From NCBI GenBank assembly GCA_002898395.1, contig BEHE01000012.1, positions 1 to 64,000 on the forward strand: DNA of 64,000 nucleotides, read 5' to 3'. Positions 50,585 to 59,290 of the stretch are shown in pieces (position 1 is the stretch's first letter; the number at the start of each line of letters is the position of its first letter). The position numbers and the translations under genes are program-made. The stretch comes from Candidatus Calditenuaceae archaeon HR02 (GTDB lineage Archaea; Thermoproteota; Nitrososphaeria_A; Caldarchaeales; Calditenuaceae). The notes under the pieces were generated by a model that was not told the origin of the DNA, did not search any database, and saw nothing but the letters and a program-made list of their open reading frames with translations.

Positions 50585-51572
50585 TTCTTGCGCCATAAGT
50601 TGTGGGTTTCGTATAAATGATTCTCTCGAGGCCGCCTGCCAATCTCTCAATACGTTCAGAAAGATATTCGACTGCCCGCTCAACCTCCTCCAAGCCTCTT
50701 CGTACATCGTAGACTAGGAGTCGTGAGGGCCCAGAGCCGCTGATACAGAGCGCAACGCCATACTCGGTCAGTAGCTTCTTTTTATCCTCAAGAAGGTGTT
50801 CCCACCTGTATCCTGCGCCGTACAAGCCGGCATTGGCCCGCGCCCTCTCTATGAATGGGTCGAGCGGTATAAGTTTTAACAACAGGTCCATTCTACCCAA
50901 TGCCATTGCGGCTGAAATGAGAGAAGCTCTGGAGAGGGCTTGTGAATATTCTACAAGTGTTGGAGAGGTTGTGAGGATTTTGCGCGCCTCGTCTGTTGAC
51001 TTCTTCTCGAAAGTGGGAACTAATATGACCAATCCTATGTGCTCTGGTGGTTTGATGTTGAGGTATGTAAGCCCTTCGGGAGAGTTGTCAATGACATTAA
51101 ACCCCCCGAGGAGGGACGCCACTACATTGTCGGCATGCGATCCCGGCTCGGCAGACGAAGCAATCGTAATCCTCTCCCCCTCATTCAGATTCATCTCGAG
51201 GATTCGCTCGCCCGCCACAACTGCACCGGCGGCCTCAGCCCCAGAAGACCCTAGACCCTTGGCTACAGGGATTGAAGCTTCTATAACCACTCTAAGACCC
51301 ACACCGCTGCCGCTAATCCCGATCAGCCGATCGAGGGCTTTTGCCGCAGCGTTGCGCTGCGGGTCTGTCGGTACGCGGTGGCTGTAGGGGCCGTAGACAT
51401 CTACCATCACGCCTTCCCCACCCTCAACCCTCTCCACCGTCAGTTCGAGATGTGGCTCCTCGAGAGCCATGGAGAAGGCGTCAAAGCCAGGGCCAATGTT
51501 AGCGGTGCTAGCTGGAACTCTGCACCTTACCTTCTTGACTTGTTTCTTAGTTTTGTGTTGCATCTGGGGCAT
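50568..51572 (-). CDS. thrB: homoserine kinase
   Basis: VPASTANIGPGFD, PVAKGLGSSG, HADNV, ISGSGPS; all candidate ATGs (51605/51572/51563) lie inside repeat copy D. Confidence 0.92.
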   Translation of the reverse strand: MPQMQHKTKKQVKKVRCRVPASTANIGPGFDAFSMALEEPHLELTVERVEGGEGVMVDVYGPYSHRVPTDPQRNAAAKALDRLIGISGSGVGLRVVIEASIPVAKGLGSSGAEAAGAVVAGERILEMNLNEGERITIASSAEPGSHADNVVASLLGGFNVIDNSPEGLTYLNIKPPEHIGLVILVPTFEKKSTDEARKILTTSPTLVEYSQALSRASLISAAMALGRMDLLLKLIPLDPFIERARANAGLYGAGYRWEHLLEDKKKLLTEYGVALCISGSGPSRLLVYDVRRGLEEVERAVEYLSERIERLAGGLERIIYTKPTTYGARIIDEH

Positions 51573-51693
51573 CTGGCCTGCTCCGTGCACATGTATTGTT
51601 GGCATTTTGAGCAGTATTTAAATCCCCTACCATACACACCACTACCCGCGCCGGGGGAGTATCACTTCAACCCCGAAGCAAGACCGGGATTCC
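51528..51693 (-). repeat. dispersed element, copy D (long form), overlapping the thrB 5' end
   Basis: Reverse complement aligns with copy C over its full length and with A/B over ~130 bp. Confidence 0.88.
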
Positions 51694-51944
51694 ATCCACC
51701 CTCAGTCACCCCCGTAGGATATCGTACGCCCCCTGTCTAGGAGCTCCGGAGAAGGTCCATATATTCTCTCTGGAGTCTGAGAGAGTTCCGAAGGGTCTCG
51801 GGCTGCCACAATATCTCTCTAAGAATGAACTTTGGCTAGACGGAGGCGAACCGAGACCCTCCTGACCAACCTATAATCTATCTTCCCAGTCATCATTAAG
51901 ATATATCCGCGACGACCGCCTGATTTATACTTGGGCGGGGAGTC

Positions 51945-52385
51945 TTGGCTTGTGGTTTGAGGGGTAGGAGATTCCTCGAGCATACAAGCGACATATACGT
52001 CGAGGCGTTTGGACCGGGTCTGAAGGAGGCGTTTGAGGAGGCGGGAATGGCTATATTCGAGACCCTAGTGAGCAATCCGGAGTCCATATCTCCCATGTCG
52101 AAGAGAATTGTCGAGGCAGAGGGATATGATCTCTTATCACTCCTCTATGAATGGCTGGAGAAGCTACTTCTCCTTTTCGAGATCGACCGATTCGTGGGAT
52201 GTAGGGTTAGGGTGGAGGAGCTGATTGAGTCGGATGTCTTTAAAGTAAGGGGAGAGGTTTGGGGTGAGCTGTATGACGAGGCGAAGCATAGGCCTGGTAC
52301 TCATGTGAAGTCGCCGACATATTGGTTGATGGAGGTGAAGAAAGAGTATGGGAAGGCACTCGTCAGATTCGTCCTCGACATTTAG
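51945..52385 (+). CDS. archease
   Basis: LEHTSD, HVKSPTY, FVLDI. Confidence 0.93.
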   Translation: MACGLRGRRFLEHTSDIYVEAFGPGLKEAFEEAGMAIFETLVSNPESISPMSKRIVEAEGYDLLSLLYEWLEKLLLLFEIDRFVGCRVRVEELIESDVFKVRGEVWGELYDEAKHRPGTHVKSPTYWLMEVKKEYGKALVRFVLDI

Positions 52386-53247
52386 GATTAGAGCCCCGCC
52401 TGCGACGATTCCCGAGATACATGTCCTGATCCCCAGCACCTATTCCGAGGATGCAGCACATCTCCGAGAGAAGACGATGCGTATAGGCTTCCTCTTCAGG
52501 GCAATGACAATTTTCAGGGTAAGCCAGATGATTATCTACGAGGAACAGCCTGAAAGACCGAGTAAAAACTCGGAGTTGATCAAACTATTATGTGAATATC
52601 TCTCGACACCGCCATACCTCAGAAAAAAGCTATACAAACTTAGACCAGAGCTAAGATACGCCGGGCTTCTACCCCCGCTTAACATACCCACACACCCTCC
52701 ATCACCCATACCCCCCGGCGATGCATGGGAGCTCCGAGAGGGCTTATTTGAGAGGAGAGGCGAATTGACAATACTACATGCAGGCTTAAAGAAGCCCATC
52801 GTCTTAGAGTCTCAGAGACGGTATGGGTCTCGGGTGTTACTGCTAGTTAAGTCACAGGGAAAAAAGATAAGGTTCAAGATCGCGCGCCGCGACGAGCTCC
52901 CTTACTACCTCGGGACAAAGATCTCAACCCACAAAGGTACACTCAAAGAAATTCTCAAAGGCTATAGATACTCGATCGCAACAGACAAGGATGGTGAGTC
53001 TATAATAGAAGTCTGGGATAAGCTCAGCAAGGCCCTTAAAACTGTTAAAGGACCAGTGTGTGTAGCATTCGGCTCCTATAGGCGTGGATTGGCAGAAATA
53101 GCTGAGTTACAAAACTCGAGGCTAGAAGAGCTGTTTGATATCTGTGTGAATTTTATACCTTACCAAGGTGTGAGGAGTGTGAGGACGGAGGAGGCAGTGT
53201 ACTCTGTCTTAGCACTGCTCAACATAATCTCCCTGTGTAAAGGATAG
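52348..53247 (+). CDS. SPOUT-class RNA methyltransferase (DUF171 family)
   Basis: TPPYLRK, AGLLPPL, QGVRSVRTEEA; true start probably later. Confidence 0.88.
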   Translation: MGRHSSDSSSTFRIRAPPATIPEIHVLIPSTYSEDAAHLREKTMRIGFLFRAMTIFRVSQMIIYEEQPERPSKNSELIKLLCEYLSTPPYLRKKLYKLRPELRYAGLLPPLNIPTHPPSPIPPGDAWELREGLFERRGELTILHAGLKKPIVLESQRRYGSRVLLLVKSQGKKIRFKIARRDELPYYLGTKISTHKGTLKEILKGYRYSIATDKDGESIIEVWDKLSKALKTVKGPVCVAFGSYRRGLAEIAELQNSRLEELFDICVNFIPYQGVRSVRTEEAVYSVLALLNIISLCKG

Positions 53248-53273
53248 CTCTCATTAGTCATGATAGTGATGCG

Positions 53274-54303
53274 ATGTGGGGTTAGGCTTAACTCTAGGGG
53301 CCGCTCGGAGCATGTCATGAGCGGGTTAGTCTGCGGTTTGGACGTTCATAAGAGATTCTGCGACGCTACGTTGGTTGACTGGTTTGGTAATGTGGTAGAG
53401 TCTAGGAGGCTTCCTAGGAATGAGCTTTGGCTGCTCATCCTAGGAAGACTAGGTTGATCGCTGAGAATAGGCTTAAGAGTGATAGGAGGGATTCTAAATG
53501 TTTGTCTTACATACCTGAGGGAGAGATAGCTAGGGTTAGGGAGCTTGTTAGGAGGAGGGCCTCCCTAGTTTAAGGATTAGGACTAGGCTGAAGAACAGGA
53601 TAATAGCTACCCTAGCTCTAGAGGGCATAGAGATTCCTAGGGACTTCAAGTTATTCACCAGAAATGGATTGGATTAGCTAAAGTCACTGGGGATATCTTC
53701 CATAGACCAGTACCTAAGGTTGTTGGAGGGCCTAAACCAGGAGATAGGTCTTGTATCTAGGGAGCTAGACCAATACTCTAGCGATGAGGATGTTAGACTA
53801 CTCATGACTATACCAGGAGTAGGATTGTACTCGGCATTGATGATAAAGGCTGAGATCGGTGACATATCTAGGTTCCCTGATGCTGATCATCTATGCAGCT
53901 ACGCTGGCTTAGTCCCCTCCGAGAGGAGCAGTGGTGGTAAAATGAAGAGAGGTAAGATAACGAAGGAGGGCTCTAGGTGGCTTAGGTGGATAATGGTTGA
54001 GGTAGCGCATGTACACGTAAAATATGACACCCACTTCACCAGGGCTTATCATAGGATTGCTGCTAGGCGGGGTAAGAAGGTAGCTATAATAGCACTAGCT
54101 AGGAGATTACTTAGGTGTTGCTACGCGATGCTTAGGGATGGGAAGCCGTTCGTGAATCATGCTCAGGCCCGATAACTAAGCACGAGTATCGGACTGCGCC
54201 TAGAGCGCGGGAGCGTGATTGTGGGGCCTGGTGGCGTGGTTGGTATGGTGCTCGTCTGAGGGCGTATAGGTGTTTGCCTTAAATAGTGGGATGGGCCCCA
54301 CAT
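53274..54303 (+). mobile_element. degenerate IS110-family (IS1111-like) element
   Basis: GLDVHK DEDD start at 53317, deletions and frameshifts, TIPGVG...YAGLVPSERSSGG C-terminal domain to 54175; 8-bp inverted ATGTGGGG (53274)/CCCCACAT (54296); ~125-bp non-coding right end. Confidence 0.85.
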
Positions 54304-54556
54304 AGGGTCCGGATAAGCATCTTTACCCACCCCCATTCCTAAAGGTTTGGTAGTATAGTGTGAAGAGGTTTAGGAATATGTTTAGGTTCTTTATTCCTTG
54401 TTAATAATCCCTTGCGCTCAGCTTGTTGTGGAACACTATTGTCCTCTCCTTGAGGTGCCTGAAGAACCTCTCTATCTTGCTCCTCATGCCGAACCTCTGG
54501 TGCTCGTGCTCAAGGCCTAGCCTCTCCAACGCCCATCTATACCAAGGACCCCTATA
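54301..54556 (-). mobile_element. IS6-family transposase C-terminal remnant with right end
   Basis: RGPWYRWALERLGLEHEHQRFGMRSKIERFFRHLKERT..., internal stop; ends CTTATCCGGACCCTATG. Confidence 0.8.
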
Positions 54557-54779
54557 ACCTCACGGCTTTTTTGTTGCGCTTGAAGCAGCTTGAGATCAGA
54601 ACGACGACATCCACGCAGACGACCATCGAAGACCGGCCTTCAAATATATCCCCTTATCAGGACACTACCGCTGTGGGAGGGTCTCTCAGGTACTTATCAT
54701 GGGAGTTGAGCAGGTAAGCTGGTCAACCGTACACGAGCTATCTAGTGGGTACTGTCTATTGTAGCTATAGCCTCTGAGC

Positions 54780-55099
54780 CCAGGTATAGGAGGTGTATTG
54801 CCGTTAATGAGACTAAACTCGGGGTGAAGGGGGCAGTAGTTTATGTATTGTCTGCAATCGATGTGGATTCCGGAGAATTCCTTGCTATCGAGGCGCCCTA
54901 CGGGAGGAGCAGCCTGAACGCCCTAACATTCCTTAAGTACCTGAACAGGCCTAAGATAATAGTGGATAGGGGGCTTCATATTTCACAACAAGCTAATCGC
55001 AAGAAAACATCAGGAGGGAATAAAGAACCTAACCTATTCGCAATATACTACAAAGCAATAAGAAACGGGGTGGATAAAGATGCTTAGCCGGACACTGTC
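54780..55099 (+). mobile_element. IS6-family transposase remnant with right end
   Basis: IAVNETKL...VYVLSAIDVDSGE...IIVDRG; internal deletion; ends CTTAGCCGGACACTGTC. Confidence 0.78.
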
Positions 55100-55147
55100 T
55101 TGGTCGTACACACAATATTTAAATTGATTTTGCCATGCACAAATTCC

Positions 55148-56569
55148 GTGGCTGACGCTCCCTTGAATAAGTGGCGGATACTAATTGGTCTCGCCACTGG
55201 GCTGTTCATGGCATCATTAGAGGGCACCATTGTGCCTGTAGCGATGCCTCGTGCTGTTCTTGAGCTTGGAGGCCAGCAACTCTATAACTGGCCGATTACA
55301 ATCTTCATCTTCGCATCAACAATCTCTATTCCTGTTTGGGGAAGGCTGTCAGACCTATACGGTCGGAGAATAATCTATACTACCGGTTTAGCGCTCTTCA
55401 TGGTTGCCTCCCTCCTATGTGGCATCTCATGGAGTATGGAGGCGCTTATACTCTTCAGGCTATTACAGGGCATGGGATCTGGAGCAGTATTCTCCTTGAC
55501 ATTCACCATCATTGGAGACCTATTCACACTTGAGGAGAGGGGGCGAGTGACAGGATACACTTCAACCGTCTGGGCTGTCGGGAGCATCCTAGGCCCCCCT
55601 ATGGGTGGAGTAATAGTGGACACGCTTGGATGGCGTTGGATCTACCTCGTCAACGTTCCACCAGCACTCGTGGCACTCTCGATGGGGGCTAAGGGTCTAA
55701 GGGGGCTGGCCACGTGGCAGAGGGGGCGAAGGCTTGACGCAAAAGGGTTCATATTGTTTACAATAATCTCTACCTGTCTCCTCCTTTTAATTGACGCTCC
55801 AATGCTTGACTGGCAGGCTACGTCGATGACGGTACTTGTCGTCCTTGTGGCGACACCACTCTTTATACGCGTTGAGCGAATAGAGAAGATGCCATTCATC
55901 CCATTCAGGCTCCTATCGGATAGACTGAACTTCACATTACTCGCAATTAACGGTGTTGTGGGCTTCGCATTCTTCGGAATAGTGACTATAGTCCCTCCAA
56001 TCCTGCAATGGTTTTATGGCTTACCCCCGACAACAGCTGGACTATTAATGGCTTCATCTACACTGGGATGGGTTCTGGCGGCAAACATCTCTTCACGCCT
56101 CATCGTCAGATATGGGCCAGGCCCGATGATAAAGGCTGGGGTCAGCCTTTTTGTCGTGGCGGTTACATTATTGCTTGTTACAAACACCTTCGCTCCGAGC
56201 CCCTGGCTCCTTATACCGCCGCTTGTGATGGTGGGGACCTCTATGGGATTGACCGTTCCTACGACATTAATTACGATCCAGACCTTAGCCTCCTCAGCGG
56301 AACTCGGGTTCTTAACCTCTATTCTGACTTTTTTCAGAAGCTTCGGCGGCTCCCTCGGCTCGCAGGCCATGTGGGCGCCCTTCGCCAACACACCTATCGA
56401 GCTAGGTATACTTAGCGCGATTTTTTACCCCACCATTTACTCCTTCGGAATTGCACTGGTTTTATCCATCATCAATATTCCCCTCGCCTTCAGAATCGAA
56501 TGGCCTGACCTGAGAATGATAGAGATACAGCGCAGAAATAATCAGGAGTTACCTGATAACTCCTTATAA
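55148..56569 (+). CDS. MFS transporter, DHA2 drug:H+ antiporter-like
   Basis: WGRLSDLYGRR, FRLLQGMG, GPPMGG, WRWIYLVNVP. Confidence 0.9.
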   Translation: MADAPLNKWRILIGLATGLFMASLEGTIVPVAMPRAVLELGGQQLYNWPITIFIFASTISIPVWGRLSDLYGRRIIYTTGLALFMVASLLCGISWSMEALILFRLLQGMGSGAVFSLTFTIIGDLFTLEERGRVTGYTSTVWAVGSILGPPMGGVIVDTLGWRWIYLVNVPPALVALSMGAKGLRGLATWQRGRRLDAKGFILFTIISTCLLLLIDAPMLDWQATSMTVLVVLVATPLFIRVERIEKMPFIPFRLLSDRLNFTLLAINGVVGFAFFGIVTIVPPILQWFYGLPPTTAGLLMASSTLGWVLAANISSRLIVRYGPGPMIKAGVSLFVVAVTLLLVTNTFAPSPWLLIPPLVMVGTSMGLTVPTTLITIQTLASSAELGFLTSILTFFRSFGGSLGSQAMWAPFANTPIELGILSAIFYPTIYSFGIALVLSIINIPLAFRIEWPDLRMIEIQRRNNQELPDNSL

Positions 56570-57883
56570 GGCTGCACCGATTATGTAGCCTGCAGCCAAT
56601 AGAGAGCCTGTGATGGCGGCGTTCTTTACGTTGAGGGACATGACTCCAATCATCCGGTAGGGGTCTCCAAAGTTATGCTCAACGCCTCTATATACGCGAT
56701 AGGCTAGAGGGGCACTGGCTAGCGCTATCAAGATTGTTGTCGGACCCAAATTGAGTAAAGGTATCAATAATATAGTCAGGTACGTGGCGATGAGCGAGCC
56801 TGCTAAGAACCCTAGCGCCTGCTTCTTCGTGAATCTTGTAACAAGGGTCATCTTCCCTGCCTCCCTATCATATGGGGTGTCCGGTATTTCGTTTACGTAG
56901 AGTATCAGCATGATTAATAGCCCTATAGGTATTGAGGAGATTATAGCGTCGAGGCCGATTCTCTGTGTTTGGACAAAATATGTTCCCAAAACTATTACTG
57001 GGCCGAAGCCCAGAAATACTGCGATCTCGCCAAACCCTCTATAGGCCAGCTTCAGAGGTGGCGCAGTGTAGAAATAGGATAGAAACAGCCCCATGCAAGT
57101 AAGGACTGAAATCTCTAACAACCCCCTAGTTACAGCTAGGTATGCACCTACTGCTGCGCCCGTCAAGAAGAAGGATGTATAGATGAGTCTAGCCTCCTGC
57201 ATGTTGACGATACCGTATATTATCGCTCTTGACCCGCCGCTGAATGGTGTAGGTCTCTTATTGGCTATATCGGCTCCAAGAATGGTGTCGAAATAGTCGT
57301 TGGCCACGTTCAGCGCGAGGTGTATGCAGGATAGACCCACCAGTGTTAGAAGGAGGAGCAACGGGTCGAAGAACCCTCTATAGAACGCTGCACCAGTTCC
57401 TATCGCGACAGGTACTGCCGTCGCTATCAGGAATGGAAGTCGGACTGTTCTAAAGAAGCTCCAGAAAAGTCCTATTCTTGGCTTGAAAGTCTCTCCAAGC
57501 CTTTTCCCGATCCCTTCCAGGTATCGCCTAGCTCTTGCTGTTGAGACTTCAACATACTGCGGAAATGGGGTTACCCGCTCATCCCAAGTATAGGCTCTCT
57601 CCACCTCTACCCTGACTATGCCATCCATCACACGTGACAGGCCTCTAAAGACTGCGTAGCGCCTATCAGTGTATCCACCCGTCGGAATCGGTGTAATGTG
57701 ATTCAATATGAGGTTTACCTTTTTTCTCTCGATCCAGTTATCCGCTATACCTTTTGGCAGCCGAAGCTTGACATCTCCGTTGAGTCTCGTTGTGAGGAGG
57801 GGTATTGTTGAGGGGTAGCCGTCTTCATCTATGAAAGCAATTGCGACCTGTTCAAACATAGTTAAATCTTCTGCCCCGACCAT
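56564..57883 (-). CDS. menA: fusion: N-terminal PNPOx-like split barrel + MenA/UbiA prenyltransferase
   Basis: N-terminal IAFIDEDGYP; C-terminal NDYFD, PFSGGS, YTAPP, NEIPD...D...GKMTL. Confidence 0.8.
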   Translation of the reverse strand: MVGAEDLTMFEQVAIAFIDEDGYPSTIPLLTTRLNGDVKLRLPKGIADNWIERKKVNLILNHITPIPTGGYTDRRYAVFRGLSRVMDGIVRVEVERAYTWDERVTPFPQYVEVSTARARRYLEGIGKRLGETFKPRIGLFWSFFRTVRLPFLIATAVPVAIGTGAAFYRGFFDPLLLLLTLVGLSCIHLALNVANDYFDTILGADIANKRPTPFSGGSRAIIYGIVNMQEARLIYTSFFLTGAAVGAYLAVTRGLLEISVLTCMGLFLSYFYTAPPLKLAYRGFGEIAVFLGFGPVIVLGTYFVQTQRIGLDAIISSIPIGLLIMLILYVNEIPDTPYDREAGKMTLVTRFTKKQALGFLAGSLIATYLTILLIPLLNLGPTTILIALASAPLAYRVYRGVEHNFGDPYRMIGVMSLNVKNAAITGSLLAAGYIIGAAL

Positions 57884-57885
57884 TC

Positions 57886-58374
57886 CTATCCACCCACGAT
57901 ATAGTATTCCGGCTCCTTCTCCAGGTCGCCGTCGCGCCAGACTCTTACTTTCCTCGGCCTAACCTCTATGATAGCTCTCTCCCAGAATAGCGGTAGGGCG
58001 AACCTCTGCTTGAGATACGTGTCAATGTACGGCTCCTTCTTTCTCCAGAGAGGCAATAGCTTCTGCCACTCACGGCTTAAATCCTGGTCAAATACTCTCG
58101 CATCGCCTTTAATTTCAATTGCATGGTATTTATCAGAGTTCACGTATTCTCGGTGGGATATGAGGACGGAGACTCGAGGATTTTTCTTGATGTATTCAAG
58201 CTTCTTGCTGAAGAGAATACTCGAGGTGAAGTAGAGCAGGCCTCTATCGCGGTCATAGAGGGGGAGCATAGGATGTGAGACAGGCTCATTTTTCTCGTTA
58301 ACTACCGTTAAAATTGCTACGAGCGCACCCTCTAAAACGTCTTCAACCTCTTGCGGCAGCCGGTAGGTGTTCAT
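57886..58374 (-). CDS. pyridoxamine 5'-phosphate oxidase-like (split beta-barrel) protein
   Basis: LTVVNEKNEP, YFTS, KKLEYIKKNPRVSV, IKGDA; start at MNTY. Confidence 0.82.
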   Translation of the reverse strand: MNTYRLPQEVEDVLEGALVAILTVVNEKNEPVSHPMLPLYDRDRGLLYFTSSILFSKKLEYIKKNPRVSVLISHREYVNSDKYHAIEIKGDARVFDQDLSREWQKLLPLWRKKEPYIDTYLKQRFALPLFWERAIIEVRPRKVRVWRDGDLEKEPEYYIVGG

Positions 58375-58507
58375 CAGGAAGGGCCGTGACTTCCAAATAT
58401 TTAAATCTCTGGATCCACAACGAGGAATCAACAAAGCTCCAAGAGTGAATAAGTAAACTCTACCACTATAAATAGGGGGTGTGGGGGTAGTTTTCTGAGA
58501 TAGAGAC

Positions 58508-59290
58508 TTGCCGGTTCTACATGTATTTGTGAAGCAAGTTCCCGACATCTCAACCCTAGAGTATGATCCTTCAACACTGGCTCCCAGGTTTGAGAAGGCT
58601 ACACCTAGGCTGGGGGAGGCGGACCTAGTGGCATTTGAGGCAGCCATAAGGATTAAGGAGAGTTGGGGTGGAGAGGTGGTTGTGCTCTCGGCAGGAGATG
58701 GGGTGAACGAGCTTGTCCTACGCGAAGCCCTAGCCATGGGTGCTGACAGGTGTTTCTATGTCAGCGACCAGAGACTCGCTGGGGCTGATTCGTGGGTTAC
58801 TGCTAATGTCCTCTCAAGGCTTTCGAGGAAGGTGGGGAAGGCGGACCTACTCTTATGCGGCGAGGCATCCACGGACTCTGGGAACCACCAGCTCGGGCCC
58901 AGGCTCTCAGAGGCTTTGAATATACCATGCGTCACACACGTGGTCGGCATCGAGCTAAGTGAAGGTCTAGTTAGGGTTAGGCGCATCCTCGAGGACAGGA
59001 CGGAGACATTCGAGACCGGCTCACCATTGATAGCTACTGCCAGCTTGGAGCTGGCTTCTCCCAGACTCCCAAGCCTACTCATGATTAAGGCAGCATCTAA
59101 GAAGCCCATAATTAAGGTGAACCTTGCCGAGCTCGGTTTGGATGAAGGTCTTCTCGAGCCTCTTGTGGAGAGGCTCTCTGTTCGGGTCTTCAAGACTGCG
59201 CGAAGGAATATTGTGCTGGAGGGTGGGCCTCTCGAATGTGCCGAGAAGCTTGTCGAGAGTTTGGTTAAGGAGGGGGTGTTTAAGGCTTAA
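58508..59290 (+). CDS. etfB: electron transfer flavoprotein beta subunit
   Basis: VKQVPD, ALAMGAD, LCGEASTD, PRLPS. Confidence 0.93.
   Translation: MPVLHVFVKQVPDISTLEYDPSTLAPRFEKATPRLGEADLVAFEAAIRIKESWGGEVVVLSAGDGVNELVLREALAMGADRCFYVSDQRLAGADSWVTANVLSRLSRKVGKADLLLCGEASTDSGNHQLGPRLSEALNIPCVTHVVGIELSEGLVRVRRILEDRTETFETGSPLIATASLELASPRLPSLLMIKAASKKPIIKVNLAELGLDEGLLEPLVERLSVRVFKTARRNIVLEGGPLECAEKLVESLVKEGVFKA

Noticed and set aside
51757-51830. Two loosely similar segments resembling degenerate CRISPR repeats
   Set aside because: Low identity, only two units, and no cas genes in the window
57886-58737. 283-aa version of the PNPOx ORF
   Set aside because: The extension is antisense to etfB; the likely start is ATG 58374
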